Assembly: GCA_023140385.1 (NCBI GenBank) | Contig: JAGLLT010000002.1 | Location: forward strand, 24,295-88,294 | Origin: Candidatus Omnitrophota bacterium | GTDB lineage: Bacteria; Omnitrophota; Gorgyraeia; JAGLLT01 | DNA: 64,000 nucleotides | Direction: 5' to 3' | Shown here: in pieces, positions 53,594-64,000 of the stretch | Layout: every line of letters begins with the position of its first letter | Position numbering within the stretch: the stretch's first letter is position 1 | Made by a program: the position numbers and the translations under genes | The notes under the pieces: model-generated | Seen by the model: only the letters and a program-made list of their open reading frames with translations | Database searches by the model: none | Told to the model about the DNA's origin: nothing

Positions 53594-54538
53594 GTGGATA
53601 TGAAAGTGGTTTTTTTTGGTACCTCGGTGTTTGCTCTTAAAACAGCTGATTATCTAAAAAACTCAGACTATGAGCTATTAGCTGTGGTAACACAGCCTGA
53701 CCGGCACGGAGGTCGTAGTATGCGTGTTGTCCAGTCTCCGATTAAGGAGTGGGCGCTTGAAAACAAAGTGGTTTTGCATCAGTTTGAAGACTTAAATGAA
53801 GCCGGGCCGCTGTTAAGAAGCCTGGTGGCGGACGTGTTTGTGGTGGCGGCTTACGGGACATTTCTGCCGGTTAGTATTATAAATATTCCAAGTCTACTTT
53901 CGATAAACGTACATCCTTCTCTCTTGCCTGAATATAGAGGGGCGGCGCCGGTAAACAGGGCTATTATCGACGGCAGAACGGAAACGGGAGTGACAATTTT
54001 TAAGATAAGTGAACAAATGGATGCCGGTGATATAATATGCCGGCAAAAGGTAAAAATTGATGAGGGGGAGACCAGCTTAATGCTGGACAAAAGGCTTTCA
54101 GATATTGGCGGCCGGATGGTTATTGAAGCCCTGGACATGATTCGGGATAACAGGTTAAAGCTTATTTCTCAAGACAACTCTCTGGCTACTTTTGCTCCAA
54201 AGCTGAAGAAAGAGGACGGGCGCATAGACTGGATGAGAGACGCGGGGGACATTTACAATCATATAAGAGGAGTCTCCGGCTGGCCGGGCGCTTTTTGCGG
54301 GCATAAAGGCAGGCTTCTTAAAATATACGAGAGCAAACCGGTGACAGGTGAAGGAGTTGAGAAGGGCGGCAAGCCGGGTGAAGTTGTATCTTTAGAAAAA
54401 GGTAAGGCTATTACGGTTAAGGCCGCTAATGGCTATCTCAGAATTCTTAAGCTTCAGCTGGAAGGAAAAAAAGTCCTTAACTCAGAGCAGTTCATCATCG
54501 GCTATGATATGAAGGAAGGTGATGTGCTAACCTCTTGA
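53594..54538 (+). CDS. fmt: Methionyl-tRNA formyltransferase
   Basis: 'KVVFFGTSVFA', 'VVTQPDRHGGRSMRVVQSPIK' and 'INVHPSLLPEYRGAAPVNRAI' are Fmt signatures. A C-terminal beta-barrel domain is present. Confidence 0.9.
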   Translation: MDMKVVFFGTSVFALKTADYLKNSDYELLAVVTQPDRHGGRSMRVVQSPIKEWALENKVVLHQFEDLNEAGPLLRSLVADVFVVAAYGTFLPVSIINIPSLLSINVHPSLLPEYRGAAPVNRAIIDGRTETGVTIFKISEQMDAGDIICRQKVKIDEGETSLMLDKRLSDIGGRMVIEALDMIRDNRLKLISQDNSLATFAPKLKKEDGRIDWMRDAGDIYNHIRGVSGWPGAFCGHKGRLLKIYESKPVTGEGVEKGGKPGEVVSLEKGKAITVKAANGYLRILKLQLEGKKVLNSEQFIIGYDMKEGDVLTS

Positions 54539-54567
54539 TTTAAAAGAGGTTATCTATTGTTGGGTAT

Positions 54568-54596
54568 AAGCCCGAAGCTCGCGGAAGGCTTTTTTA
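54568..54596 (+). terminator. Rho-independent terminator candidate after fmt (AAGCC...GGCTT stem + TTTTTT)
   Basis: A 5-bp GC-containing stem with a long loop is followed immediately by a 6-T run. Confidence 0.4.
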
Positions 54597-54606
54597 GTAA
54601 ATTTAG

Positions 54607-56881
<2,275 letters not shown>

Positions 56882-56892
56882 GGATATTAAAT

Positions 56893-57666
56893 ATGCCGAG
56901 ACGCTTACTTATCGCGGGTAACTGGAAGATGAACAAGACGGCCACTGAGGCTATCCAGTTGGCAGCGGAAATAAAACGCGAACTTTTTGATGTAGACGGG
57001 CTTGATATTCTGGTTTGTCCGCCGTTTACAGCTTTAGTGGCGGTACAGGATGTATTAGGCAGTTCAATAATAGAGCTGGGCGGCCAGAACATGCACTTTG
57101 AAGAAAAAGGCGCTTATACCGGCGAGATATCAGGGCCTATGCTTAAAGATGCCGGCTGTAAGTATGTTATTCTGGGGCATTCGGAAAGAAGGCATGTCTT
57201 TGGTGAGTTGGATGAGGAGATAAATAAGAAGGTAAAAACGGCCATTTCCGACAGGCTGATACCGATACTGTGTGTCGGTGAAAAATTAGAAGAGCGGGAG
57301 GCCGATAGGACTTCTGATGTGGTCCGCGGCCAGCTTGAGGCCGGTTTGATTGACATTGATTTAACGGATAGCGCGAAGCTTGTGATTGCCTATGAACCTG
57401 TCTGGGCTATAGGAACCGGAAAGACGGCTACCAGCCAACAGGCTCAGGAGGTTCATCTGTTTATCAGAGGTTTATTGAATGATAGGTATGGTGTTGATAT
57501 ATCACAGGGTATCCGTATTCTCTACGGCGGCAGTATAAAGCCCGCCAATATCGAGGAGCTGATAAAGGAGCCCGATGTTGACGGCGGTTTGATAGGAGGA
57601 GCAAGTTTGGAGGCCGGCTCTTTTTGTGAGATAGTGAAAAAATCCAATACGGCCCCTAATATCTAA
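56893..57666 (+). CDS. tpiA: Triosephosphate isomerase
   Basis: 'IAGNWKMN', 'ILGHSERR', 'AYEPVWAIGTG' and 'YGGS'. Confidence 0.95.
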   Translation: MPRRLLIAGNWKMNKTATEAIQLAAEIKRELFDVDGLDILVCPPFTALVAVQDVLGSSIIELGGQNMHFEEKGAYTGEISGPMLKDAGCKYVILGHSERRHVFGELDEEINKKVKTAISDRLIPILCVGEKLEEREADRTSDVVRGQLEAGLIDIDLTDSAKLVIAYEPVWAIGTGKTATSQQAQEVHLFIRGLLNDRYGVDISQGIRILYGGSIKPANIEELIKEPDVDGGLIGGASLEAGSFCEIVKKSNTAPNI

Positions 57667-57714
57667 AGTTTACACATAAGGTTCAACCTTGTGTGTAGGG
57701 TTAGAGGAGGTAAG

Positions 57715-58044
57715 ATGTTTACAGTTCTTATAATAGTACATGTTATTGTTAGCCTTATTTTAATTGCCTTGGTTTTATTACAGCCGGGTGAGGGGAAGGG
57801 GCTTTCTGAGACTTTTGGCGGGGGAGTTGCCGAGTCAATCCTGGGTTCAAAAGCAAATAGCTTTTTAATTAAGGCTACCGGAGTGATGGCCGCTGTTTTT
57901 TTCGTTATCTGTGTAACTCTAACGATTATGACTGCCGGTAGAAGCAGGTCACTGCTTGAAAATGAAAGTATTGTGACTGAAGAGTCTCAGAAAATACAGG
58001 CAGCTGAACCTGAACCTTCTCAAGATGAACCGACTCAAAAGTAA
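57715..58044 (+). CDS. secG: Preprotein translocase subunit SecG
   Basis: 'LILIALVLLQPGEGKGLSETFGGG' is the SecG signature (LLQ-GKG...FGGG). RBS 'ggagg' lies 5 nt upstream of the ATG at 57715. The ORF track start at 57691 adds 8 unlikely residues. Confidence 0.75.
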   Translation: MFTVLIIVHVIVSLILIALVLLQPGEGKGLSETFGGGVAESILGSKANSFLIKATGVMAAVFFVICVTLTIMTAGRSRSLLENESIVTEESQKIQAAEPEPSQDEPTQK

Positions 58045-59668
58045 AGCGTCTGTTTATCTAAATAGATTAATTAAAAAAAAGGCACTGTTTATCACAACAG
58101 TGTCTTTTTTTATTTTTAGCGTTCCTCTAGCCGGCGCCCAGGAGATACTCAGCTACGGAGATGCCTATGTATCCGGCTCTATCGCCGATGCCATAACCCT
58201 TATCCCGTTTTTAGCTACTGACAGTACATCGGGCAATATTAACTCGATGATTTTTAACGGCCTCACCAAGGTAGACAAAGATTTAAATATAACCGGCGAC
58301 CTGGCGGAAAGCTATGATGTCTCGGATGATAAGCTGACCATAACTTTTCATTTAAGAAAAAACGTCTTATGGCAGGATGGTGTTAAGTTTACCGCTGACG
58401 ATGTTAAGTTTACCTTTGACATTATCCTTGACCCGCGAAACGCGGCTCCCTATGCCGCGAACTTTCAGGACATAGAGGAGATTAAGGTTGTTGATAAGTA
58501 TACCGTCCAATTTAAGTACAGGAAGCCTTATGCCCCGGCTCTGTTAAAATTAGGTACCGCGATTATACCCAAACATCTTTTAAAAAATATAGATATTAAA
58601 AATTGTAATTTTGCCAGAGACCCCGTTGGTACAGGCCCTTATAAATTAGCCGAGTGGAAAACAGACCAGCATATAATATTAGACTCTTTTTACAATTATT
58701 TTGAAGGGCGGCCTTTCATTGACAAGTACGTTGAACGTGTTATTCCTAATCAGGCGGTTCAATTTTTAGAGCTGATTACAGGAGGCATAGACTCTATGGG
58801 CCTTACTCCATACCAATATAAATACCGCACAGACACAAAAAAGTTTAAAGAGCGATTTGTTAAGTATAAATATTTAAGCCGTTCCTATACCTACATCGGC
58901 TATAATCTTAAAGACCCCCTATTTGAGGACAAAAGGGTCAGGCAGGCCTTGTCATACGCGGTAGATAGGAAAGCTATAATAGATGGTGTTTTAATGGGGA
59001 TGGGAGAGGAGTGCACCGGCCCTTTTATAAAAGGTACGTATGCCTACAATGAAGAGGTTAGGAAGTATCCTTATAATCCCCAAAAAGCAAAGGAACTATT
59101 GAAGGAAGCCGGCTGGATTGATAGGAATAACGACGGTATTTTGGAAAAGGATGGGCTGAAGTTTTCTTTTAAATTAATTACTAATCAGGGCAATAAACAA
59201 AGGGAGGACGTAGCTACCATTATCCAGCAGAACTGGCGGGAGATAGGGGTTGAAGTTGAGATACAGGCTATCGCCTGGGCGGCTTTTATAACCGAGTTTG
59301 TAGATAAAAGGAACTTTCAAGCCTTGATTTTAGGCTGGACTATGCCCATAGACCCGGATAACTATAACGTCTGGCATTCAGACTCAATGAAAGACGGCGG
59401 GCTTAATTTTATCAGCTACCGGAATAAAGAGGTTGACTCTCTAATTGAGAGGGGAAGAGAGACTTATAATCAAGACGAAAGGCAGAGGATATACCGCAAA
59501 ATTCACGAGATAACGGCTGAAGAACAGCCCTACACCTTTTTATATTTTCCCTATGCCCTGCCCGCGGTTTCAAAAAGGTTTAAAGGTATAGAGCCGGCGC
59601 CGGCAGGTATCAGTTACAACTTTATTAAATGGTATGTTCCCGAAGTTGAACAAAAATATACCCGTTAA
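58025..59668 (+). CDS. ABC transporter substrate-binding protein, family 5 (oligopeptide/dipeptide/nickel type)
   Basis: N-terminal signal peptide. Length and motifs ('GTGPYKL', 'W..D', 'ILGWTMPIDPD') fit SBP_bac_5. Confidence 0.85.
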   Translation: MNRLKSKASVYLNRLIKKKALFITTVSFFIFSVPLAGAQEILSYGDAYVSGSIADAITLIPFLATDSTSGNINSMIFNGLTKVDKDLNITGDLAESYDVSDDKLTITFHLRKNVLWQDGVKFTADDVKFTFDIILDPRNAAPYAANFQDIEEIKVVDKYTVQFKYRKPYAPALLKLGTAIIPKHLLKNIDIKNCNFARDPVGTGPYKLAEWKTDQHIILDSFYNYFEGRPFIDKYVERVIPNQAVQFLELITGGIDSMGLTPYQYKYRTDTKKFKERFVKYKYLSRSYTYIGYNLKDPLFEDKRVRQALSYAVDRKAIIDGVLMGMGEECTGPFIKGTYAYNEEVRKYPYNPQKAKELLKEAGWIDRNNDGILEKDGLKFSFKLITNQGNKQREDVATIIQQNWREIGVEVEIQAIAWAAFITEFVDKRNFQALILGWTMPIDPDNYNVWHSDSMKDGGLNFISYRNKEVDSLIERGRETYNQDERQRIYRKIHEITAEEQPYTFLYFPYALPAVSKRFKGIEPAPAGISYNFIKWYVPEVEQKYTR

Positions 59669-59677
59669 GGGGCAGAT

Positions 59678-60649
59678 ATGTTTAAATACATAGTTAAAAG
59701 ATTATTTTTGATACCCCCCATGCTTATGGGCATCTCCCTGATTGCGCTTCTGGCTATGCACCTTACTCCGGGCGATCCGGCAAGTATGCGCTACGGGCTT
59801 AATCCTGAAGTCTCGGGTTCGGCGAGGGCGCATCTAAAGGAGCTTTACGGCCTGGATAAGCCGGTTATTGTTCAGTATGGAGGATGGCTTAAAAGAATAG
59901 TAACCCTGGACTTTGGAGATTCATTCATTGACGACCGGCCTGTGATAGAGAAAATAAAAGAGCGCCTGCCGGCTACACTTATCCTGCAAATTTCGGCGCT
60001 TATCCTTATTTTTTCAATTGCTCTGCCCATCGGTGTAATGTCGGCCGTCAAACAAAACTCGTTTTTTGATAAGGCGACCACCTTTTTAGTTTTTGTAGGT
60101 TTTGCCACACCGACCTTCTGGCTGGCACTGCTATTGATGAGGTTTTTTGGTTTTCAACTGGAGTGGCTGCCGATTTCAGGGATGAGCCCCTGGTATGCTC
60201 AGGATTACTCCTTGCCGCATAGAATTCTGGATTTATTATGGCATCTAATTTTACCGCTTTTCACCCTGGCCTTTACCGGCCTGGCCGGCATATCACGCTA
60301 TACGCGTTACAGTATGCTGGAGGTTATCAGGCAGGATTATATCAGGACCGCCCGGGCTAAAGGGTTAAAAGAAAACAAAATTATATACCATCACGCCTTA
60401 AAAAACGCGCTCCTGCCGGTTATAACAATTCTGGGATTGACCTTGCCGGCTTTAATCGGCGGAAGTTTTATCTTTGAAACGATATTTGCCTGGCCCGGCA
60501 TGGGAAGGCTGATGTATACGGCTATTTTGCAGTACGACTATCCGGTGGTTATGGGGGTAGGCATAATAAGTGTTTTTCTGACATTAACCGGAATTTTAAT
60601 CTCCGATATTTTGTATGCCGTAGTAGATCCAAGGATTAGATATGAATAA
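59678..60649 (+). CDS. ABC transporter permease (DppB/OppB-like)
   Basis: Six TM helices. The BPD_transp_1 EAA-like loop is 'RTARAKGLKE'. Confidence 0.85.
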   Translation: MFKYIVKRLFLIPPMLMGISLIALLAMHLTPGDPASMRYGLNPEVSGSARAHLKELYGLDKPVIVQYGGWLKRIVTLDFGDSFIDDRPVIEKIKERLPATLILQISALILIFSIALPIGVMSAVKQNSFFDKATTFLVFVGFATPTFWLALLLMRFFGFQLEWLPISGMSPWYAQDYSLPHRILDLLWHLILPLFTLAFTGLAGISRYTRYSMLEVIRQDYIRTARAKGLKENKIIYHHALKNALLPVITILGLTLPALIGGSFIFETIFAWPGMGRLMYTAILQYDYPVVMGVGIISVFLTLTGILISDILYAVVDPRIRYE

Positions 60650-61487
60650 GAAGAAAAGAGACTGGAGAAAAAGATACGCCTTTGTCGGATTGAGCGTCAT
60701 TATCGTGATGTTTGCCGCGGCAATCTTTGCCGGTTTTATTACGGCCTATTCGCCGAATGAGACAAACCTTGCTCCTGAGGCAAAGTTACAGCCTCCCTCA
60801 AGAGAGCATCTTTTGGGTACAGATGACCTGGGGCGCGATGTCTTTTCGCGTATGGTTTACGGCGCCAGAATTTCTTTGAGTGTAGGTTTTGTGGCGGTTA
60901 TCATTTCCGTCGTAATAGGGGTGGTTCTGGGAGCGATCTCCGGTTATTACGGCGGCTGGGTTGACATTCTCATTATGCGTGTAGTGGAAATCGTTATGTG
61001 TTTTCCGCGAATATTTTTAATATTAATGTTTCTGGCTTTTTTAGGGCCGAGCATTATTACGGTGATGGTGATTATTGGAGTAACCGGCTGGACAGGACTA
61101 GCGAGGCTGGTGAGGGCGGAATTTCTTTCCTTAAAAGAAAGGGACTATGTGCAGGCGGCCAGGGCGCTGGGGGCTTCGGACTTCAGGATAATTTTCAGGC
61201 ATATACTGCCTAATGCTCTCTCGCCCGTCTATGTCAGCGCGATTTTAGGTGTTGGCGGGGCCATACTAATTGAGTCTGCGCTTAGCTTTTTAGGGCTGGG
61301 AGTTCAGATTCCAATGGCTAGCTGGGGCAATATTTTGACATCGGGTATGCACTACATTGAAAGCGCCTGGTGGCTGATGCTCTTTCCGGGACTGGCAATA
61401 CTGATTACCGTTTTAAGCTATAACATTTTAGGAGAGGCCCTGAGAGATTTGCTTGACCCGAGGCTTAAAGGGTACGGACAAAAATAA
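60642..61487 (+). CDS. ABC transporter permease (DppC/OppC-like)
   Basis: TM topology. 'QAARALGASDFRIIFRHILPN' is the EAA motif. Confidence 0.85.
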   Translation: MNKKKRDWRKRYAFVGLSVIIVMFAAAIFAGFITAYSPNETNLAPEAKLQPPSREHLLGTDDLGRDVFSRMVYGARISLSVGFVAVIISVVIGVVLGAISGYYGGWVDILIMRVVEIVMCFPRIFLILMFLAFLGPSIITVMVIIGVTGWTGLARLVRAEFLSLKERDYVQAARALGASDFRIIFRHILPNALSPVYVSAILGVGGAILIESALSFLGLGVQIPMASWGNILTSGMHYIESAWWLMLFPGLAILITVLSYNILGEALRDLLDPRLKGYGQK

Positions 61488-61488
61488 G

Positions 61489-62439
61489 ATGCTTAAAGTC
61501 AGAAACTTAAAAACCTATTTTTATACCCAGCGCGGTACGGTTAAGGCGTGTGACGATATCAGCTTTGACATTGACCACGGCAGAAACCTCGGGCTAGTGG
61601 GTGAGTCCGGCTGCGGCAAGAGTATGTGCTGTCTTTCTATATTAAAACTAATACCGCCTGAAGGAAATATTGTATCGGGTGAGGTTTTATATAAGGGTAG
61701 AGATATCCTTTCTATGGATAATAAAGAGCTGAGAAAGATAAGAGGCAATAAGATATCAATGATTTTTCAGGAGCCGATGACTTCTTTAAATCCGGTTCTA
61801 AGTATTGGGGAGCAGATGACAGAGGCTGTTCTTGCTCACAAAGATATAAATTATAAGGAAGCAAAGGCCTTATCAATTGAACTGTTAAGTAAGGTAAAAA
61901 TAGACAGGCCCAAAAGCCGCTTCAGCGAATACCCGCATAATTTAAGCGGCGGGATGAGGCAGAGGGTGATGATTGCTATGGCAATATCCTGCCGGCCGGA
62001 TATCCTGATTGCCGATGAGCCGACAACGGCGCTTGATGTGACTATACAGGCGGGAATTCTCGAACTGCTCGATGAACTGCAGAATGAATATAATATGTCG
62101 GTTTTGATAGTCAGCCATGACTTTGGAGTAATCGCACGCCTGGCAGACAGGGTGGCGGTAATGTATGCCGGAGAAATTGTTGAGTACGCCGGCGCGGAGG
62201 ATCTCTTTAAAAATCCGCTTCATCTTTACACAAAGGGGTTGTTATCTTCCATTAAACAGATAGACAAGAGAGACAAAAGATTGTCCACCCTTAAAGGGGC
62301 TGTATGCGAATTGGATAATCTGCCGAAAGGATGCAGATTTTCACCCCGCTGTGATTTGGCCTCTTCAGAGTGCCGGGAGGCTTTGCCCGAACTAAAAGAG
62401 ATTAGCGCGGGGCATTTTGTCAGATGTGTAAAAAGTTAG
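61489..62439 (+). CDS. ABC transporter ATP-binding protein (DppD/OppD-like)
   Basis: 'GLVGESGCGKS' is Walker A. 'LSGGMRQRV' is the ABC signature. 'LIADEPTTALD' is Walker B. It ends in the oligopeptide_C Cys-rich tail. The likely start is ATG 61489, abutting the upstream stop. Confidence 0.9.
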   Translation: MLKVRNLKTYFYTQRGTVKACDDISFDIDHGRNLGLVGESGCGKSMCCLSILKLIPPEGNIVSGEVLYKGRDILSMDNKELRKIRGNKISMIFQEPMTSLNPVLSIGEQMTEAVLAHKDINYKEAKALSIELLSKVKIDRPKSRFSEYPHNLSGGMRQRVMIAMAISCRPDILIADEPTTALDVTIQAGILELLDELQNEYNMSVLIVSHDFGVIARLADRVAVMYAGEIVEYAGAEDLFKNPLHLYTKGLLSSIKQIDKRDKRLSTLKGAVCELDNLPKGCRFSPRCDLASSECREALPELKEISAGHFVRCVKS

Positions 62440-62449
62440 GAATTTAGAT

Positions 62450-63358
62450 ATGAAGGTTATTGTTGAGGTAAAAGGCTTAAAAAAACAGTACTTCGCGGGT
62501 AGAGGCCTGTTCAGGAAGGAAGCGGATATTATAAGGGCCGTTGACGGCCTGGACTTGACCTTATATAAAGGCAAAAACCTTGGGCTGGTGGGTGAGTCCG
62601 GCTGCGGCAAGACTACGGCGGGCAAACTTATTCTGGGGCTTATAAGGCCTGATAGCGGCAGTGTGAAGATAAACGGTACTGATGTCTTTGATAAGTGTAA
62701 AAAGAAGCGGCTTTTGTTAAAGAAGTCGGCCCAGATAATATTTCAGGATCCCTATGGTTCGCTTAACCCCCGAATGAAAATTGGAGATATTGTATTAGAG
62801 GGTGTTGATATATTCAGACTGGCAAAAAAAGAGGGTAGAGAGAAAAGGTTAAAAAAACTACTTGGGCTTGTCGGACTGCCTTATTTTGCTAAAGACAAAT
62901 ATCCCCATCAGTTTTCAGGCGGGGAACGCCAGAGAATAGCTATTGCCAGGGCGCTTTCAACCGAGCCGGAGTTTATCGTTTGCGATGAGGCGGTTTCCTC
63001 CCTTGATATGTCAATCAGGGCGCAGATTTTAAATCTTCTCAAAGACCTTCAGGACAACCTCGGCCTGAGCTATCTCTTTATCAGCCACGACTTAAATGTT
63101 GTTAAATATATCTCTGACCAAGTGGCGGTGATGTACAGGGGAAGGATAGTAGAGTACGCGGAAAGCAGCCTTCTCTACCAAAACCCCCGCCATCCATACA
63201 CAAAACTTCTATTATCAGCCAACCTCTCTGCCAATCCGGATGAGAGAAAAAGAAAGTTTATCCTGCCCGAACTGGATGATAAATTAACAAAAGAGTACAA
63301 AGAAACACCCCCACCCTTAGAAGAGGTAGAACCCAACCACTTTGTCCAACCCTGTTAA
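62450..63358 (+). CDS. ABC transporter ATP-binding protein (DppF/OppF-like)
   Basis: 'GLVGESGCGKTT' is Walker A. 'FSGGERQRIAIARAL' is the ABC signature. 'FIVCDEAVSSLD' is Walker B. Confidence 0.9.
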   Translation: MKVIVEVKGLKKQYFAGRGLFRKEADIIRAVDGLDLTLYKGKNLGLVGESGCGKTTAGKLILGLIRPDSGSVKINGTDVFDKCKKKRLLLKKSAQIIFQDPYGSLNPRMKIGDIVLEGVDIFRLAKKEGREKRLKKLLGLVGLPYFAKDKYPHQFSGGERQRIAIARALSTEPEFIVCDEAVSSLDMSIRAQILNLLKDLQDNLGLSYLFISHDLNVVKYISDQVAVMYRGRIVEYAESSLLYQNPRHPYTKLLLSANLSANPDERKRKFILPELDDKLTKEYKETPPPLEEVEPNHFVQPC

Positions 63359-63369
63359 AAATAGTAGTA

Positions 63370-63393
63370 CGTATCGCGTCGCGCGTATCGCGC
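63370..63393. repeat. GC-rich direct repeat / hairpin element (CGTATCGCG-TCGCG-CGTATCGCG), possible bidirectional terminator between convergent genes
   Basis: A two-copy 9-mer with internal GCGCG-TAT-CGCGC and CGCG-TCG-CGCG stem options. It is a GC island in an AT-rich intergenic region. An A-run follows on the plus strand, which is a T-run for the minus-strand gene. Confidence 0.35.
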
Positions 63394-63420
63394 AGGAAAG
63401 AAAAAATGAGTGAAATTAGG

Positions 63421-63876
63421 TCAGGCGGATTGGGTTGATATATCGATTTTCCTTATAAAAAAAACATATATCAAGCTTAGAACATAAATAGCGGCTACCC
63501 ACCAGTAGGGATATGAAGTGATTTTGAACGTTATTGCGGCGTTATCATTTTGCATCATAATCTGAGCTTCTTTTATTAATTTTATATATTGTTCTGTGTT
63601 GGGATCAATCTTCCATAACGCTACAGATAGGGTAATTCCCAAATATCCAGATAGCGCCCATTTTGCCTTAGGCGAGTTTCTAAAAAAGAAAATAGCAGCT
63701 ATTATCCCCATTAAAAAAAGCAATATTATCCTAAGGGTAATCAGGAGGAAGGGGATTCCAGTATAATAGTTAAATGTAGTCTCGTAAATAACTGCGTCGA
63801 AAAAGAATAATAGAAGAAAGAGCAGCTCCATAGTTATTAAGTATGCTATAATTCTATCTACGATTTTATACTTCAT
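63421..63876 (-). CDS. Hypothetical small membrane protein (4 predicted TM helices)
   Basis: A 151-aa ORF with good RBS 'aggagcg' upstream on the minus strand. Four hydrophobic helices. No recognisable motifs. Confidence 0.5.
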   Translation of the reverse strand: MKYKIVDRIIAYLITMELLFLLLFFFDAVIYETTFNYYTGIPFLLITLRIILLFLMGIIAAIFFFRNSPKAKWALSGYLGITLSVALWKIDPNTEQYIKLIKEAQIMMQNDNAAITFKITSYPYWWVAAIYVLSLIYVFFIRKIDISTQSA

Positions 63877-63904
63877 TTATCGCTCCTAAATGTTGATGCA
63901 ATTA

Positions 63905-64000
63905 CTCTCCATAATGAGTTTTAGTCCTGTGAACATAAATTATCTTTTTCTTCTCATCTACGGAATAAATAATCCTATCTTTATATGTAAGCCTGATGGA
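63905..64000 (-). CDS. C-terminal fragment of a RelE/ParE/YoeB-superfamily type II toxin (gene continues beyond window end)
   Basis: Minus-strand translation of the last 96 nt gives '...SIRLTYKDRIIYSVDEKKKIIYVHRTKTHYGE*'. This matches the C-terminal R-x-IY-x-VD...(V/I)-x-I-x-(V/I)-x-HR-x-x-x-Y pattern of RelE/ParE toxins. The stop is at 63902-63904. Confidence 0.4.

Overview
The window is an AT-rich bacterial chromosomal segment. I saw no rRNA, tRNA, CRISPR array, transposase or integrase.

Positions ~112-51982 form one almost gap-free, co-directional array of about 39 plus-strand genes that reads as a very large glycan biosynthesis and modification super-locus. Its contents are:
- Six GT2 genes, one of them a tandem double-GT2 fusion.
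- One GT4, one CgeB-like glycosyltransferase and one GT28 UgtP/MurG-like glycosyltransferase.
- A GtrB/ArnC/CsbB-type polyprenyl-phosphate sugar synthase.
- Two paralogous ~508-aa polytopic membrane proteins resembling ArnT/PMT_2 (GT-C).
- A paralogous family of four giant (1034-1171 aa) membrane proteins with an N-terminal multi-TM block, a large extracytoplasmic domain and a C-terminal anchor. These are candidate YfhO/GT-C-type extracytoplasmic glycosyltransferases.
- Two B12-binding radical SAM enzymes, each followed by a class I SAM methyltransferase.
- Three more SAM methyltransferases and a NodU/CmcH carbamoyltransferase.
- An AsnB-type amidotransferase.
- An Arn-like aminopentose set (ArnA-decarboxylase-like SDR, DegT aminotransferase, GNAT, ArnC-like GT2).
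- A WbpB/WbpD/WbpE-like diacetamido-sugar module.
- A GmhB-like phosphatase.
- Several uncharacterised membrane-anchored or exported proteins.

The array ends with a family-4 uracil-DNA glycosylase and a PriA homolog whose Walker A and DExH motifs are degenerate.

After a minus-strand TPR protein, ordinary housekeeping genes follow: fmt, gap-pgk-tpiA-secG and a five-gene peptide-type ABC transporter. Then come a convergent small membrane protein and, at the window edge, a RelE/ParE-like toxin fragment.

The most interesting candidate system is the combination of polyprenyl-P-sugar synthases, four giant YfhO-like GT-C paralogs, the duplicated rSAM-methyltransferase cassettes and the other tailoring enzymes.
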